The notes below the pieces were generated by a model that was not told the origin of the DNA, made no database searches, and saw only the letters and a list, made by a program, of their open reading frames with translations. The translations under genes and the position numbers were made by a program. A stretch of DNA of 42,023 nucleotides, taken from a virus. This document shows, in pieces, positions 26,799 through 34,637 of the stretch (its first letter is position 1; every line of letters starts with the position of its first letter). The DNA lies in the IMG/VR virus record IMGVR_UViG_3300045988_159123, positions 1-42,023 of that record; one strand, written 5' to 3'.

Positions 26799-26948
26799 TT
26801 ATTTTTCCTCCTCAAAATTTAAAATAATATCGTTAAGTTTTATAAGATTTTTTGTTTCTTCTTTTAAACCATCATACTTTTCTTTGCTTATATTTATTGA
26901 CTTTACTCCCATTGCTATAAGCTGTTCTATCTTTTTATCTTCTGTCAT
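26799..26948 (-). CDS. Small early protein (49 aa, not in track)
   Basis: Translation MTEDKKIEQLIAMGVKSINISKEKYDGLKEETKNLIKLNDIILNFEEEK. Its stop abuts the next ATG. It shares the M(T/S)EDKKIEQ start with 27142..27318. Confidence 0.45.
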   Translation of the reverse strand: MTEDKKIEQLIAMGVKSINISKEKYDGLKEETKNLIKLNDIILNFEEEK

Positions 26949-27141
26949 ATATATCTCTCAACTCCTTTAAATAAGGTAATACCCAGTCTGTAGGTATCAT
27001 TATAATTCCATAGGCATATTCTCCTATTCCTACATCATTTCTTGTCAAATATCCATGTTCTGATAAATAATTATCTGATAGTCCTCTTGCTTTATCTTTA
27101 TCTTCAATTTCTTTAATTAATTGATTTAATCTTTCTTTCAT
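26935..27141 (-). CDS. Hypothetical early protein
   Basis: Packed ORF of 68 aa. Confidence 0.4.
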   Translation of the reverse strand: MKERLNQLIKEIEDKDKARGLSDNYLSEHGYLTRNDVGIGEYAYGIIMIPTDWVLPYLKELRDIYDRR

Positions 27142-27318
27142 TTAATATAAAACTATCCTCCCTTTTTCGGTTTGTTCTAGTCCTATTACTCCTTTAATTG
27201 CTAATGCTGTTATTAAGCAATAATTACAATAATATTTTTTATTAAATACAAACAAATCTTCTATATTTTCTTTGTTCTTACATTCACAACATTGTTCTAT
27301 TTTTTTATCTTCACTCAT
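27142..27318 (-). CDS. Small Cys-rich protein (58 aa, not in track)
   Basis: RBS AAGGAG. Translation MSEDKKIEQCCECKNKENIEDLFVFNKKYYCNYC... Confidence 0.5.
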   Translation of the reverse strand: MSEDKKIEQCCECKNKENIEDLFVFNKKYYCNYCLITALAIKGVIGLEQTEKGRIVLY

Positions 27319-27490
27319 CTTTATTCTCCTTCTTAAATTTAACGTTAGAAATAAATAATATTGCGAAAAATACTATCCACCAATGCTTAAAAACTATTGC
27401 TAATGTTGTAAAGCAAATTAATGCAATACTATTTTCTATAAATACTAATATATTCAACCATTTGCAATACTTAATCTCTTCTTTTGTCAT
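27311..27490 (-). CDS. Small two-TM membrane protein
   Basis: The preferred start is ATG 27490, in a TAATG overlap with the upstream stop. Hydrophobic segments WLNILVFIENSIALICFTTLAIVF and WWIVFFAILFI. Confidence 0.5.
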   Translation of the reverse strand: MTKEEIKYCKWLNILVFIENSIALICFTTLAIVFKHWWIVFFAILFISNVKFKKENKDE

Positions 27491-27639
27491 TACTTGTCCT
27501 CCCAATATTTACATTCTTTAAAATTGCCTATCCAGATTTCTCTAGCTTTATATTCTATTTCAGGTATGTTTTTTTGATTTCTTTGGCATTTTAGATTTTT
27601 ACAATCTTTTTTTCTACAAAATGTTATATCGTAATCCAT
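27490..27639 (-). CDS. Small Cys-rich protein (49 aa, not in track)
   Basis: RBS AAGGAG. Translation MDYDITFCRKKDCKNLKCQRNQ...KECKYWEDK. Confidence 0.5.
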   Translation of the reverse strand: MDYDITFCRKKDCKNLKCQRNQKNIPEIEYKAREIWIGNFKECKYWEDK

Positions 27640-27816
27640 TTATTTCTCCTTATTAATTATTTTTATTCCTTGAAATTTTGCTATTTGTAGCTCTTGCTTT
27701 GTTATCCATTTCTGCCACTTTCCACATTCGCCACAGTATAACCCTCTTCTATTTCCTTGTATTTCTACAAATAAACTTCTTTTACTTGCTCCACATTTAT
27801 TACATTTTAAATTCAT
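27640..27816 (-). CDS. Zinc-ribbon protein (58 aa, not in track)
   Basis: RBS GGAGG. Translation MNLKCNKCGASKRSLFVEIQGNRRGLYCGECGKW (CxxC...CxxC). ATGA overlap with the upstream stop. Confidence 0.55.
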   Translation of the reverse strand: MNLKCNKCGASKRSLFVEIQGNRRGLYCGECGKWQKWITKQELQIAKFQGIKIINKEK

Positions 27817-28217
27817 ACTATTTGTCCTCCAATAATTTTTTCTAAAATGTCTAAAATATGATTAACTCCTACTATGCCAAAATATGCTTTATCTTTTTTA
27901 TTTGAAAAATTTTTATTAAATCTATTTTTAATTTTTTCTATATTTTCTTTTACTTTTTGTTTTGATATAAACTTTTCTTCAAATTCTGGTGTATCTACAT
28001 ATACTATTCTTTTATCCTTTAAATCATCTTCTAATACTTGTAATTTATCTATTTTCTTTTTATCTGCTTCTCTTTCTGCTAATATGTGGTCTATTGCGTC
28101 TATTATTCCATTTGTATTTATTTCTCTATATAAATCTGGAATCCAACCGTGCGTTTTAAAAAATTTTAATAAATTATTTAGCTCTTTTACTTTCTTTATA
28201 TCCTCTTCTATCCCCAT
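27813..28217 (-). CDS. Hypothetical early protein
   Basis: Packed ORF of 134 aa. Confidence 0.4.
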   Translation of the reverse strand: MGIEEDIKKVKELNNLLKFFKTHGWIPDLYREINTNGIIDAIDHILAEREADKKKIDKLQVLEDDLKDKRIVYVDTPEFEEKFISKQKVKENIEKIKNRFNKNFSNKKDKAYFGIVGVNHILDILEKIIGGQIV

Positions 28218-28235
28218 CCTAATTCCTCACTTTTC

Positions 28236-29078
28236 TTATATGTGGCAATCAACAATAACTAAATATTTATCTTGATTTTCTGGCTTTTGTATTGTTTCTG
28301 TAAATTTTTCTATAAATAATAATTCACTATCTTTTGTATCATTTGCCATTGCAAACCATCCCATTTCTCCTTTTTCATGCCATCCTTTTTCATCTAATAA
28401 TGCCCAAGTAGTAAATATACTATTTATTTTTGCATAATTTTCTTTTGTTTCATACCTTTCAATATAATATTCTTTTTTATATATTTCCCATTTAATCATT
28501 TCTTTTTCTTCTTCATTTTGAGGTTCTTGACCTTCAACGTATAATTCCCAAAATCTAATTGATTTATTATATGTATTATTAAATTCTATTGCTTTTTCAA
28601 ATTCAATATCTTTAATTTTTGCACCTGTAACCCATTTAAATCCTTCTGGTGCTTTTTTATTTATACTATCTAAATTTCCCCAAGATGGTGTTCCTTCTTC
28701 AATATCTTTAACTTCTTCTTTAACTAATAAAATTTTGTTCCATCGACCTCCTATCTCATACCAATCCCATTTTGAATTTGGATTATACGTAGTTAAATGA
28801 TTTCCATTTTTATCATAACTTTCATCCTCGTATATTTGTAATTTATATAATTCTTCATCTGTATTTGCATTTAAATATTCTATATCATATTTATCTAGTT
28901 CTTCTCCTTTTTCTTTTCTTTGTAATACTCTTTCTTTTCTTTCTTTTGCACTATTAATTATTGCTTCTTTCGTTTCATCTACATATGGTTCTACTTCCAT
29001 ATTCTCACTATATGGAGCTAGCATCTCTCCTATTTTATTTAATTTATCTGTTATTACAGCTACTGTATAATGACTCAT
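28236..29078 (-). CDS. Conserved-looking hypothetical early protein
   Basis: 280 aa, acidic, containing NPNSKWDWYEIGGRWNK. Function unknown. Confidence 0.45.
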   Translation of the reverse strand: MSHYTVAVITDKLNKIGEMLAPYSENMEVEPYVDETKEAIINSAKERKERVLQRKEKGEELDKYDIEYLNANTDEELYKLQIYEDESYDKNGNHLTTYNPNSKWDWYEIGGRWNKILLVKEEVKDIEEGTPSWGNLDSINKKAPEGFKWVTGAKIKDIEFEKAIEFNNTYNKSIRFWELYVEGQEPQNEEEKEMIKWEIYKKEYYIERYETKENYAKINSIFTTWALLDEKGWHEKGEMGWFAMANDTKDSELLFIEKFTETIQKPENQDKYLVIVDCHI

Positions 29079-29097
29079 CTATTCTTCCTCCCCTTAA

Positions 29098-29226
29098 TTA
29101 TTCTTTCCATCTCACTTCATCAGCCTCTAACAATTTAGCTAACTTTTCTCTGTTTACTATTGTTATTAATTTTCCTTCTTCATCATAATAGCTGTACTCT
29201 ATTAATTCTTCTCTTTTTACTTCCAT
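29098..29226 (-). CDS. Small early protein (42 aa, not in track)
   Basis: Strong RBS GGAGGAAAAAAGT before the ATG. Translation MEVKREELIEYSYYDEEGKLITIVNREKLAKLLEADEVRWKE. Confidence 0.5.
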   Translation of the reverse strand: MEVKREELIEYSYYDEEGKLITIVNREKLAKLLEADEVRWKE

Positions 29227-29241
29227 ACTTTTTTCCTCCGT

Positions 29242-29553
29242 TTAATCTAATCTTGGTAAATGTCTGCTATATTCTTTTTCGTAGTTTTTCTCTTCTTCTT
29301 TTCTGATTCTTGTTTTTTGTTTTGGTTTTAATTCTGGATGTATTTCTAAAAACTTTCTTCTATGTCTTGTTATACTCTCAAAGCTTATTCCTGCATTTGT
29401 TAATGTTTGCAATGCCGTTTTGAAATATGTTTCTGCTAGTCTTGGAAATAGTTCTTTAACTGTTTTATATATTAAATAATTATCATCTTCTCTTGCTCTT
29501 GTATCTGCTTCTAGTATCTTATAAACTATATCTCTCACTCTACTTCTTCTCAT
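29242..29553 (-). CDS. Hypothetical basic protein
   Basis: The second ATG (29553) is better spaced from AGGAGGAG than the track start. No family recognised. Confidence 0.4.
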   Translation of the reverse strand: MRRSRVRDIVYKILEADTRAREDDNYLIYKTVKELFPRLAETYFKTALQTLTNAGISFESITRHRRKFLEIHPELKPKQKTRIRKEEEKNYEKEYSRHLPRLD

Positions 29554-29662
29554 TTGCATCTCCTCCTACAAATTTTGCTTGTCCTAATATAATTTGCTTT
29601 ATAAATTGTATCTTCTCAATATCATTTAATTTTAGTAGTTCTTCTGTATTTATAATTTTCAT
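29540..29662 (-). CDS. Small early protein (40 aa, not in track)
   Basis: RBS AGGAGGTAGTT before the ATG. Translation MKIINTEELLKLNDIEKIQFIKQIILGQAKFVGGDANEKK. Confidence 0.4.
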   Translation of the reverse strand: MKIINTEELLKLNDIEKIQFIKQIILGQAKFVGGDANEKK

Positions 29663-29664
29663 AA

Positions 29665-30897
29665 CTACCTCCTGATTATATTTACAAATTCGCTATATAC
29701 TTTTCTGAATATCATGTTTACTTTTCCTGTAGAGCCTGCTCTTTGTTTTGCTAATTTTATTGTTACAACTGGCGCTGCTGCATCAGTTTCTTCTTCTTGA
29801 TATATAAAAATAACATTGTCTGCATCTTGTTCTATTGCTCCAGATTCTCTTAAATCAGATAGCATTGGTTCTTGTCTTGTTGCATTTCTATTTAGCTGGC
29901 ATAATCCTATTATTGGTATTTTCAACTCCAATGTTAAAAGCTTTAGTGTCCTTGTTATGTCTGCTACTTCTTGCTCTCTTAAATTGAATTTTTGAGAACT
30001 TTTAATTAACTGTATATAGTCAATTATTATTAGACCTATGTTTTTCTTGTTTTTCATTTTTCTTGCTTCTACTTCTATTTGCTGTATTGTTCTTAAATTA
30101 CTAGTAATATATAAAGATTTTTCTTCTAATTCTGCTCCAGCTTCATATACTTTTACTGCTTCTTGGTCAGTTAATGTTCCTAATCTCATTTTTGTACTAT
30201 TTATTCTTGTATCTTTCGCTATTAATTTTGTTATAATTTGTTCTTCTGACATTTCTAAACTTATAAACATTACTGGTATTTTCTTTTTAGCTATATAGTC
30301 TGCTATTTGTAATGCAAATGTTGTTTTTCCCATTCCTGGTCTAGCGCCAATTATTGTTAACTCTTCATTATGTAGTCCGCAAGTTAATTGATCTAAATCT
30401 AGCATTCCTGTATACAAGCTATAATCATTTTTGTTTTTCATATTTTTCTCTATCATGTCTAAAGTATCTATAATCTGCTCTTTTAAACTTTCTTCTTTAA
30501 CTTCTCTTTCTTCAATTTTATTTAACTCTTTTATTACTTTTTCTATGTCTATATCTATATTTTCAGCATCTTTTATTTTTGTTACTGACTCATTTAATAG
30601 TGTTTGCATTTGTCTTTTTTTAGTTAATTGAATTAACTTTTTATATACACTCTCTGCAGTTGTGCTGTATATATTCTCACTTAATGTTGCTAAATAACTT
30701 AATATATTTTTTTCATCTGTCAACTTATTTTTTACAGTTAACATTGTAATTTCTTCTTTTGCTCGTTTTAAACTTTGTATTGCTTTAAATATTTTTTTAT
30801 TTAATCTAGTTGTAAAATCTGCATCTATGAGCTCACATTCATAATTTTCGAAAATTAGATAATATAACATTGCCTTTTCTATTTCTTCATCCTGCAT
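29665..30897 (-). CDS. dnaB: Replicative DNA helicase (DnaB family)
   Basis: Walker A GARPGMGKTTFALQIA, Walker B LIIIDYIQL, and RESGAIEQDAD. Confidence 0.9.
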   Translation of the reverse strand: MQDEEIEKAMLYYLIFENYECELIDADFTTRLNKKIFKAIQSLKRAKEEITMLTVKNKLTDEKNILSYLATLSENIYSTTAESVYKKLIQLTKKRQMQTLLNESVTKIKDAENIDIDIEKVIKELNKIEEREVKEESLKEQIIDTLDMIEKNMKNKNDYSLYTGMLDLDQLTCGLHNEELTIIGARPGMGKTTFALQIADYIAKKKIPVMFISLEMSEEQIITKLIAKDTRINSTKMRLGTLTDQEAVKVYEAGAELEEKSLYITSNLRTIQQIEVEARKMKNKKNIGLIIIDYIQLIKSSQKFNLREQEVADITRTLKLLTLELKIPIIGLCQLNRNATRQEPMLSDLRESGAIEQDADNVIFIYQEEETDAAAPVVTIKLAKQRAGSTGKVNMIFRKVYSEFVNIIRR

Positions 30898-31678
30898 TGC
30901 TTTTACCTCTAAGTAGTTTTAAATATTCGTCTTCGCTCAACTTCGATGTGTCTATTACTTCTACGTCCTCAGTTTTAATATTATCTTTCTTTTCGTTTTT
31001 GTTTTGATTTTCATTTTTAGCTTCTGCTAATGTTTTTATGTTAGCTCTAGACCAATTATTGAGAATTGCCTTTATATAACTGATTGTTCTTTTATTGTTT
31101 TCTATGCTAATTTGCATTGCATAAATAACTAGATCTTCTCCTAATTCATCTGTAAAATCTTCTAAAACTTTTGATGTATAAGGTGTTAGTAGATTAATAT
31201 TTTCTTCGTAAAATTTTGAAACTTTTTGAAAACCGTCGCCACAACTTTCGCTTTCTTCTTGTTCTTTTTCTTTACTATTCTTATCTATACTAATCTTATC
31301 TAATCTATTCTTATCTATACTGTGTATACACTCTGTATCCAAGTTGTATACATTGCTTTTATCTATTGTCAATCTTGCTTTTTCATCTTTATATATTGTT
31401 TCTTTATATCTATCTTTCTGAAGATAATTATTTAATCTCCAATGCCTTATAACTAAAACTCCTGTATCAAAGGGAATTACAAAAGATTTAGCTATTAATA
31501 TTTTTAAATCATCTTCTTTTTTTCCAGTCATTCTCATTATAGATTTCCATTTGTCTACAAAACCATCATCATCTGCTTGCATAGATAAATGAAAATATAA
31601 ATTTTGAGAACTATCTGGCATTTCTAAAAACTCATCACTCCCAACTACGGAGTTATTAAACATTCTTTTTTGTGCCAT
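30887..31678 (-). CDS. Phage replisome organiser / DnaD-domain replication initiation protein
   Basis: The preferred start is ATG 31678, with RBS AGGAGG. The N-domain reads MAQKRMFNNSVVGSDEFLEMP...FVDKWKSI. The C-terminal DnaD-like segment reads RTISYIKAILNNWSRANIKT. Confidence 0.75.
   Translation of the reverse strand: MAQKRMFNNSVVGSDEFLEMPDSSQNLYFHLSMQADDDGFVDKWKSIMRMTGKKEDDLKILIAKSFVIPFDTGVLVIRHWRLNNYLQKDRYKETIYKDEKARLTIDKSNVYNLDTECIHSIDKNRLDKISIDKNSKEKEQEESESCGDGFQKVSKFYEENINLLTPYTSKVLEDFTDELGEDLVIYAMQISIENNKRTISYIKAILNNWSRANIKTLAEAKNENQNKNEKKDNIKTEDVEVIDTSKLSEDEYLKLLRGKSNAG
31274..31352. repeat. Iteron/palindrome cluster inside the organiser gene (candidate ori)
   Basis: CTATTCTTATCTATACT occurs twice (31275-31291 and 31305-31321), with a third TCTTATCTA between the copies. 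It is followed by the palindromes GTGTATACAC and TGTATACA. Confidence 0.5.
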
Positions 31679-31740
31679 TTGTTTTTTCCTCCTATGTAAA
31701 AATAAGGTATAACATATGTTGTCATACCCCGTTGTCCACA

Positions 31741-32547
31741 CTAATTAACATTTATAAAAGGAATTGCATCTGAAGTAGTTGTTGGTAATTGTCCATTCCA
31801 TTTTTCTATTGCCTTTTGTTCGTTTTCAATTTCTTTTAACCTTAAGTAATTATCTGTAATTTGCTCATTTTGTTGTCTCATTACTTCAGCATCTGCCTTA
31901 GCGTTTTCTATTTTTTTCTCGTTTTCTACTTTTGCTTTTTCTAATTCATATTGTGCTTTTTGTGTTTCTTGCTCTACTATTTGTTTTTGTTCTACTGCTG
32001 TGTCAAATTCTTCTGAAAAACTTAAATCTGTTATATTTAAAGCTGTTACTGTTACACCTTTATTTTCTAATTTATTTTTTAATAAATTAATAATTACATC
32101 TGCCACTTCACTTCTTTTTGTTATTGTTTCTTCTGCTGTATATTGACTTATTCCTTGTTTAATACTTTCTAATATTGCTGGTTCTATTAATACTGTTTGA
32201 TAATCTTTTCCCACTTCTTTATATAAATTATTTGCATTGTTTTTATCTACGTTATAATTAACTACTACTTTTAAATTGCTTATTTTTTGTAAATCTTTTG
32301 AACTCGCTTCTGTTGCTATCTCATATTTTTGTGTTCTACAGTCTATCTTTACAATGCTTTCTATAAATGGTGCCTTTAAATTAAATCCTTCTTGAATCAC
32401 ATCATCTTGTACTTGTCCGAATCTCGTTTTTACTCCTACATATCCAGTTGGTACAGTTGTTATACTAGCAACAAGTATGATCATTGCTATTACAATTACT
32501 CCTACAATACTTCCTATAATAATTTTAGTTTTTGTTTCCATATACAT
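31741..32547 (-). CDS. SPFH/Band-7 (prohibitin-family) membrane protein
   Basis: N-terminal TM segment IIIGSIVGVIVIAMIILVASI, then TVPTGYVGVKTRFGQVQDDVIQEGFNLKAPFIESIV, and a C-terminal coiled coil. Confidence 0.8.
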   Translation of the reverse strand: MYMETKTKIIIGSIVGVIVIAMIILVASITTVPTGYVGVKTRFGQVQDDVIQEGFNLKAPFIESIVKIDCRTQKYEIATEASSKDLQKISNLKVVVNYNVDKNNANNLYKEVGKDYQTVLIEPAILESIKQGISQYTAEETITKRSEVADVIINLLKNKLENKGVTVTALNITDLSFSEEFDTAVEQKQIVEQETQKAQYELEKAKVENEKKIENAKADAEVMRQQNEQITDNYLRLKEIENEQKAIEKWNGQLPTTTSDAIPFINVN

Positions 32548-32550
32548 TTT

Positions 32551-32919
32551 TTACCTCCCAAATTCTTTAATAAATTTCTCTTCACTATATTTTTTTATAA
32601 ATTTTTGTTTTGCTTCTTCTTGAATTGCTTTCTTTTTTAAAGGATTATCCGTTAACTCTCTGTGACATTTAAAACATATTGGTATAACTAGTCCATACTT
32701 CATACTAGTCTGTCTGTTTCTTCCACCAAAAACTTCGTCAAAGTGATCCTTTTTATGCTCTTGACAGATATAGCAAATATCTAAATTGTATGTAATTATG
32801 CTGTACCTTTTGCGCTCTAATTTTGCCAGTTTGCTGCTTTTCTTCTTTATTTTCTTGTGTTCTTTTTTTTCTGTTTTCGGTGGTTTAGGCACAGGATGAA
32901 ATTCTTTTGATAAATCCAT
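32551..32919 (-). CDS. Zinc-binding nuclease-like protein (NinG/HNHc-like, tentative)
   Basis: Basic N-terminus, then CYICQEHKKDHFDEVFGGRNRQTSMKYGLVIPICFKCHRE. Confidence 0.35.
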   Translation of the reverse strand: MDLSKEFHPVPKPPKTEKKEHKKIKKKSSKLAKLERKRYSIITYNLDICYICQEHKKDHFDEVFGGRNRQTSMKYGLVIPICFKCHRELTDNPLKKKAIQEEAKQKFIKKYSEEKFIKEFGR

Positions 32920-32984
32920 TTGTCCCTCTTTTCTTGCATTTCATTAGCATTTATGCTAAAATAATCTAAATTGATTTATTTAAA

Positions 32985-33272
32985 TTAATTATTTATAGTG
33001 GTTGTTGATGTGTCAGCATTAGCAATCACTTTTTTTATTCTTTTATAACTTTTATACAATTCTAAATAACTTGTTTCTGCCAAATCTGTGTTGTCTACTT
33101 CATTCTTTATTAATCTTAATTTATTAGATTTTTCACTTAACTCACGTTCTACTTCGTAAATTTCTTCTTCTAAATTATTTACTTTATCGTTATATATCTC
33201 TGTAGATACTATTGCATAGGCTACTAACATTCCTATAATAACTAACAATAAAAATATTATTATTGCTTCCAT
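32985..33272 (-). CDS. Membrane-anchored coiled-coil protein
   Basis: The internal ATG 33272 gives MEAIIIFLLLVIIGMLVAYAIV. The track's TTG start has no RBS. Confidence 0.4.
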   Translation of the reverse strand: MEAIIIFLLLVIIGMLVAYAIVSTEIYNDKVNNLEEEIYEVERELSEKSNKLRLIKNEVDNTDLAETSYLELYKSYKRIKKVIANADTSTTTINN

Positions 33273-33420
33273 TTGTTCTCTATTCTCCTTTTTTCTAATT
33301 TCATTTTTGATAACGTAACAATATGCCAAATATATATTTTATCTAATCTATCCATCTTTTTTATCACTTCCTTTATATAAGATTTTGTATTATAATAACC
33401 TTGAAAGTGAGGTTATTTTT

Positions 33421-33699
33421 ATGGATAAGTCATTTAATAAATTTATAAAGTTTTTTAATAAACATTCTGAAGTTTCGTTTGATGAATTGCAAAATACTTT
33501 TAATCTTGAGTTTATGGATGCTGTAGAAATTATTAAAACTTTAAGTAAAAATCAATATATAATTTCTCTTGGAGATAACAAATATAAAAGTACTTATAAA
33601 GCTAAAACTTTAACAAAATCTTTAATTTTAAGTTGGTTATGTAATAATTGGCTTTCTATTATAGCAACAATTATTTCTATAATTGCTTTATTTAAATAA
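33421..33699 (+). CDS. C-tail-anchored small protein with winged-helix-like N-domain (plus-strand gene inside the minus-strand early region)
   Basis: RBS AGTGAGGT before ATG 33421, and TATAAT at 33391-33396. The C-terminal TM segment is WLSIIATIISIIALF. Confidence 0.5.
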   Translation: MDKSFNKFIKFFNKHSEVSFDELQNTFNLEFMDAVEIIKTLSKNQYIISLGDNKYKSTYKAKTLTKSLILSWLCNNWLSIIATIISIIALFK

Positions 33700-33774
33700 G
33701 ATCGCTATTAAAGAAGCTATTGAAAATCCTAAAGCGAACCAACTTAACCCGTTTGGTTTATTTTCTTCTTTCAT
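33688..33774 (-). CDS. 28-aa hydrophobic peptide (not in track)
   Basis: RBS AAGGAGTG. Translation MKEENKPNGLSWFALGFSIASLIAILFK. It converges on and overlaps 33421..33699 by 12 nt, at the palindrome TTATTTAAATAA. Confidence 0.4.
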   Translation of the reverse strand: MKEENKPNGLSWFALGFSIASLIAILFK

Positions 33775-33785
33775 ATTTTCACTCC

Positions 33786-33914
33786 TTATCCTATAAAAAA
33801 TTTCATTATTACTAATGCTCCTGCTGCTATAACTGCTGCTGTAGGTATTACATAACTTGTAAAATTACATACTGCTTTTCCAATTATGCAATATTTTTTC
33901 ATTTGTTTACTCAT
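33786..33914 (-). CDS. 42-aa hydrophobic peptide (not in track)
   Basis: RBS AAGGAGTG. Translation MSKQMKKYCIIGKAVCNFTSYVIPTAAVIAAGALVIMKFFIG. Confidence 0.45.
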   Translation of the reverse strand: MSKQMKKYCIIGKAVCNFTSYVIPTAAVIAAGALVIMKFFIG

Positions 33915-33930
33915 TTTATTTCACTCCTTT

Positions 33931-34182
33931 CTATATAATTTGTTTTGCTATTTCTTTTAAAACTGTTTGCAAGTTTTCTCCAGTTAACCCTAAATCATAT
34001 AAAAGAACTATTCTTTTATCCGCTAACTGTTTTACTCCTGTTCCTTTAATTCTAGGAAAGTCAGGTCTATTAAATATCTCTCTTGCTTTATTCTCTCCTA
34101 TTCCTCTCCAGTCTGCATAATCATAAGGTGTTATTGTTTCTGGTAAATTTTCATAATTAAGAATTGACTTCTTTTCTTGCAT
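33931..34182 (-). CDS. Small DNA-binding protein (HTH, excisionase-like candidate)
   Basis: 83 aa, second gene of the early operon after the cro-like gene. Contains ITPYDYADWRGIGENKAREIF. Confidence 0.35.
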   Translation of the reverse strand: MQEKKSILNYENLPETITPYDYADWRGIGENKAREIFNRPDFPRIKGTGVKQLADKRIVLLYDLGLTGENLQTVLKEIAKQII

Positions 34183-34218
34183 TTTTTATCACCTCTTCTG
34201 ATTTATATTTGTTTAGTT

Positions 34219-34446
34219 TTACTGAACTTTAAAATTAAAAAAATTTGTACATGGCTTTTTTAAAATTTTACTTATTTTGTTTATATGCGAAATTTTAGGT
34301 TCTACTAATCCATTTTCGATATTATAATAAGTTGCAGGACTTTTAAATCCCATTAATTTAGACATATCTCTATAAGAAAGATGCCTAAACTCTCTTTCAT
34401 TCTTAAGTTCTTCTGTTTTTACATATTTTTTATAATCTTTTTCCAC
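34219..34446 (-). CDS. Cro-like XRE-family HTH regulator
   Basis: GTG start at 34446, 6 nt after AGGAGG. The HTH reads LSYRDMSKLMGFKSPATYYNIENG. It is divergent from the repressor gene. Confidence 0.65.
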   Translation of the reverse strand: MEKDYKKYVKTEELKNEREFRHLSYRDMSKLMGFKSPATYYNIENGLVEPKISHINKISKILKKPCTNFFNFKVQ

Positions 34447-34468
34447 ATCGCACCTCCTGTTCAGTTTT

Positions 34469-34506
34469 ACTGTACCGATTATATACAGTGTTTTTGAACT
34501 TGTCAA
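34469..34506 (-). promoter_or_regulatory. Early (PR-like) consensus promoter with overlapping operator
   Basis: The minus strand reads TTGACA (34506-34501), a 17-nt spacer, then TATAAT (34483-34478). The inverted repeat ACTGTA-N9-TACAGT (34469-34489) encloses the -10 box. Confidence 0.7.
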
Positions 34507-34576
34507 TATGTTTTTTAAAAAAAGTTTTTTATTTCTGTACATTTATTGATATTCTAAGCAAAAAAATATATTTTCG

Positions 34577-34605
34577 TTTACTTTCTCTGAACATTATGTT
34601 ATAAT
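34577..34605 (+). promoter_or_regulatory. Repressor-gene promoter (PRM-like)
   Basis: TTTACT (34577-34582), a 17-nt spacer, then TATAAT (34600-34605), about 30 nt upstream of ATG 34638. Confidence 0.5.
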
Positions 34606-34637
34606 GTTTATAGTTTTTGAACGGAGTGTGGATTTTA

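Noticed and set aside
33273-33329. Track start codons with N-terminal extensions: 33329 TTG, 24622, 24219, 16553, 31741, 34542, 33385, 35502, 38650, 27505, 2821
   Set aside because: The upstream extensions lack RBSs or run into promoters or neighbouring genes. Internal ATG or GTG codons preceded by GGAGG-type sites were preferred.
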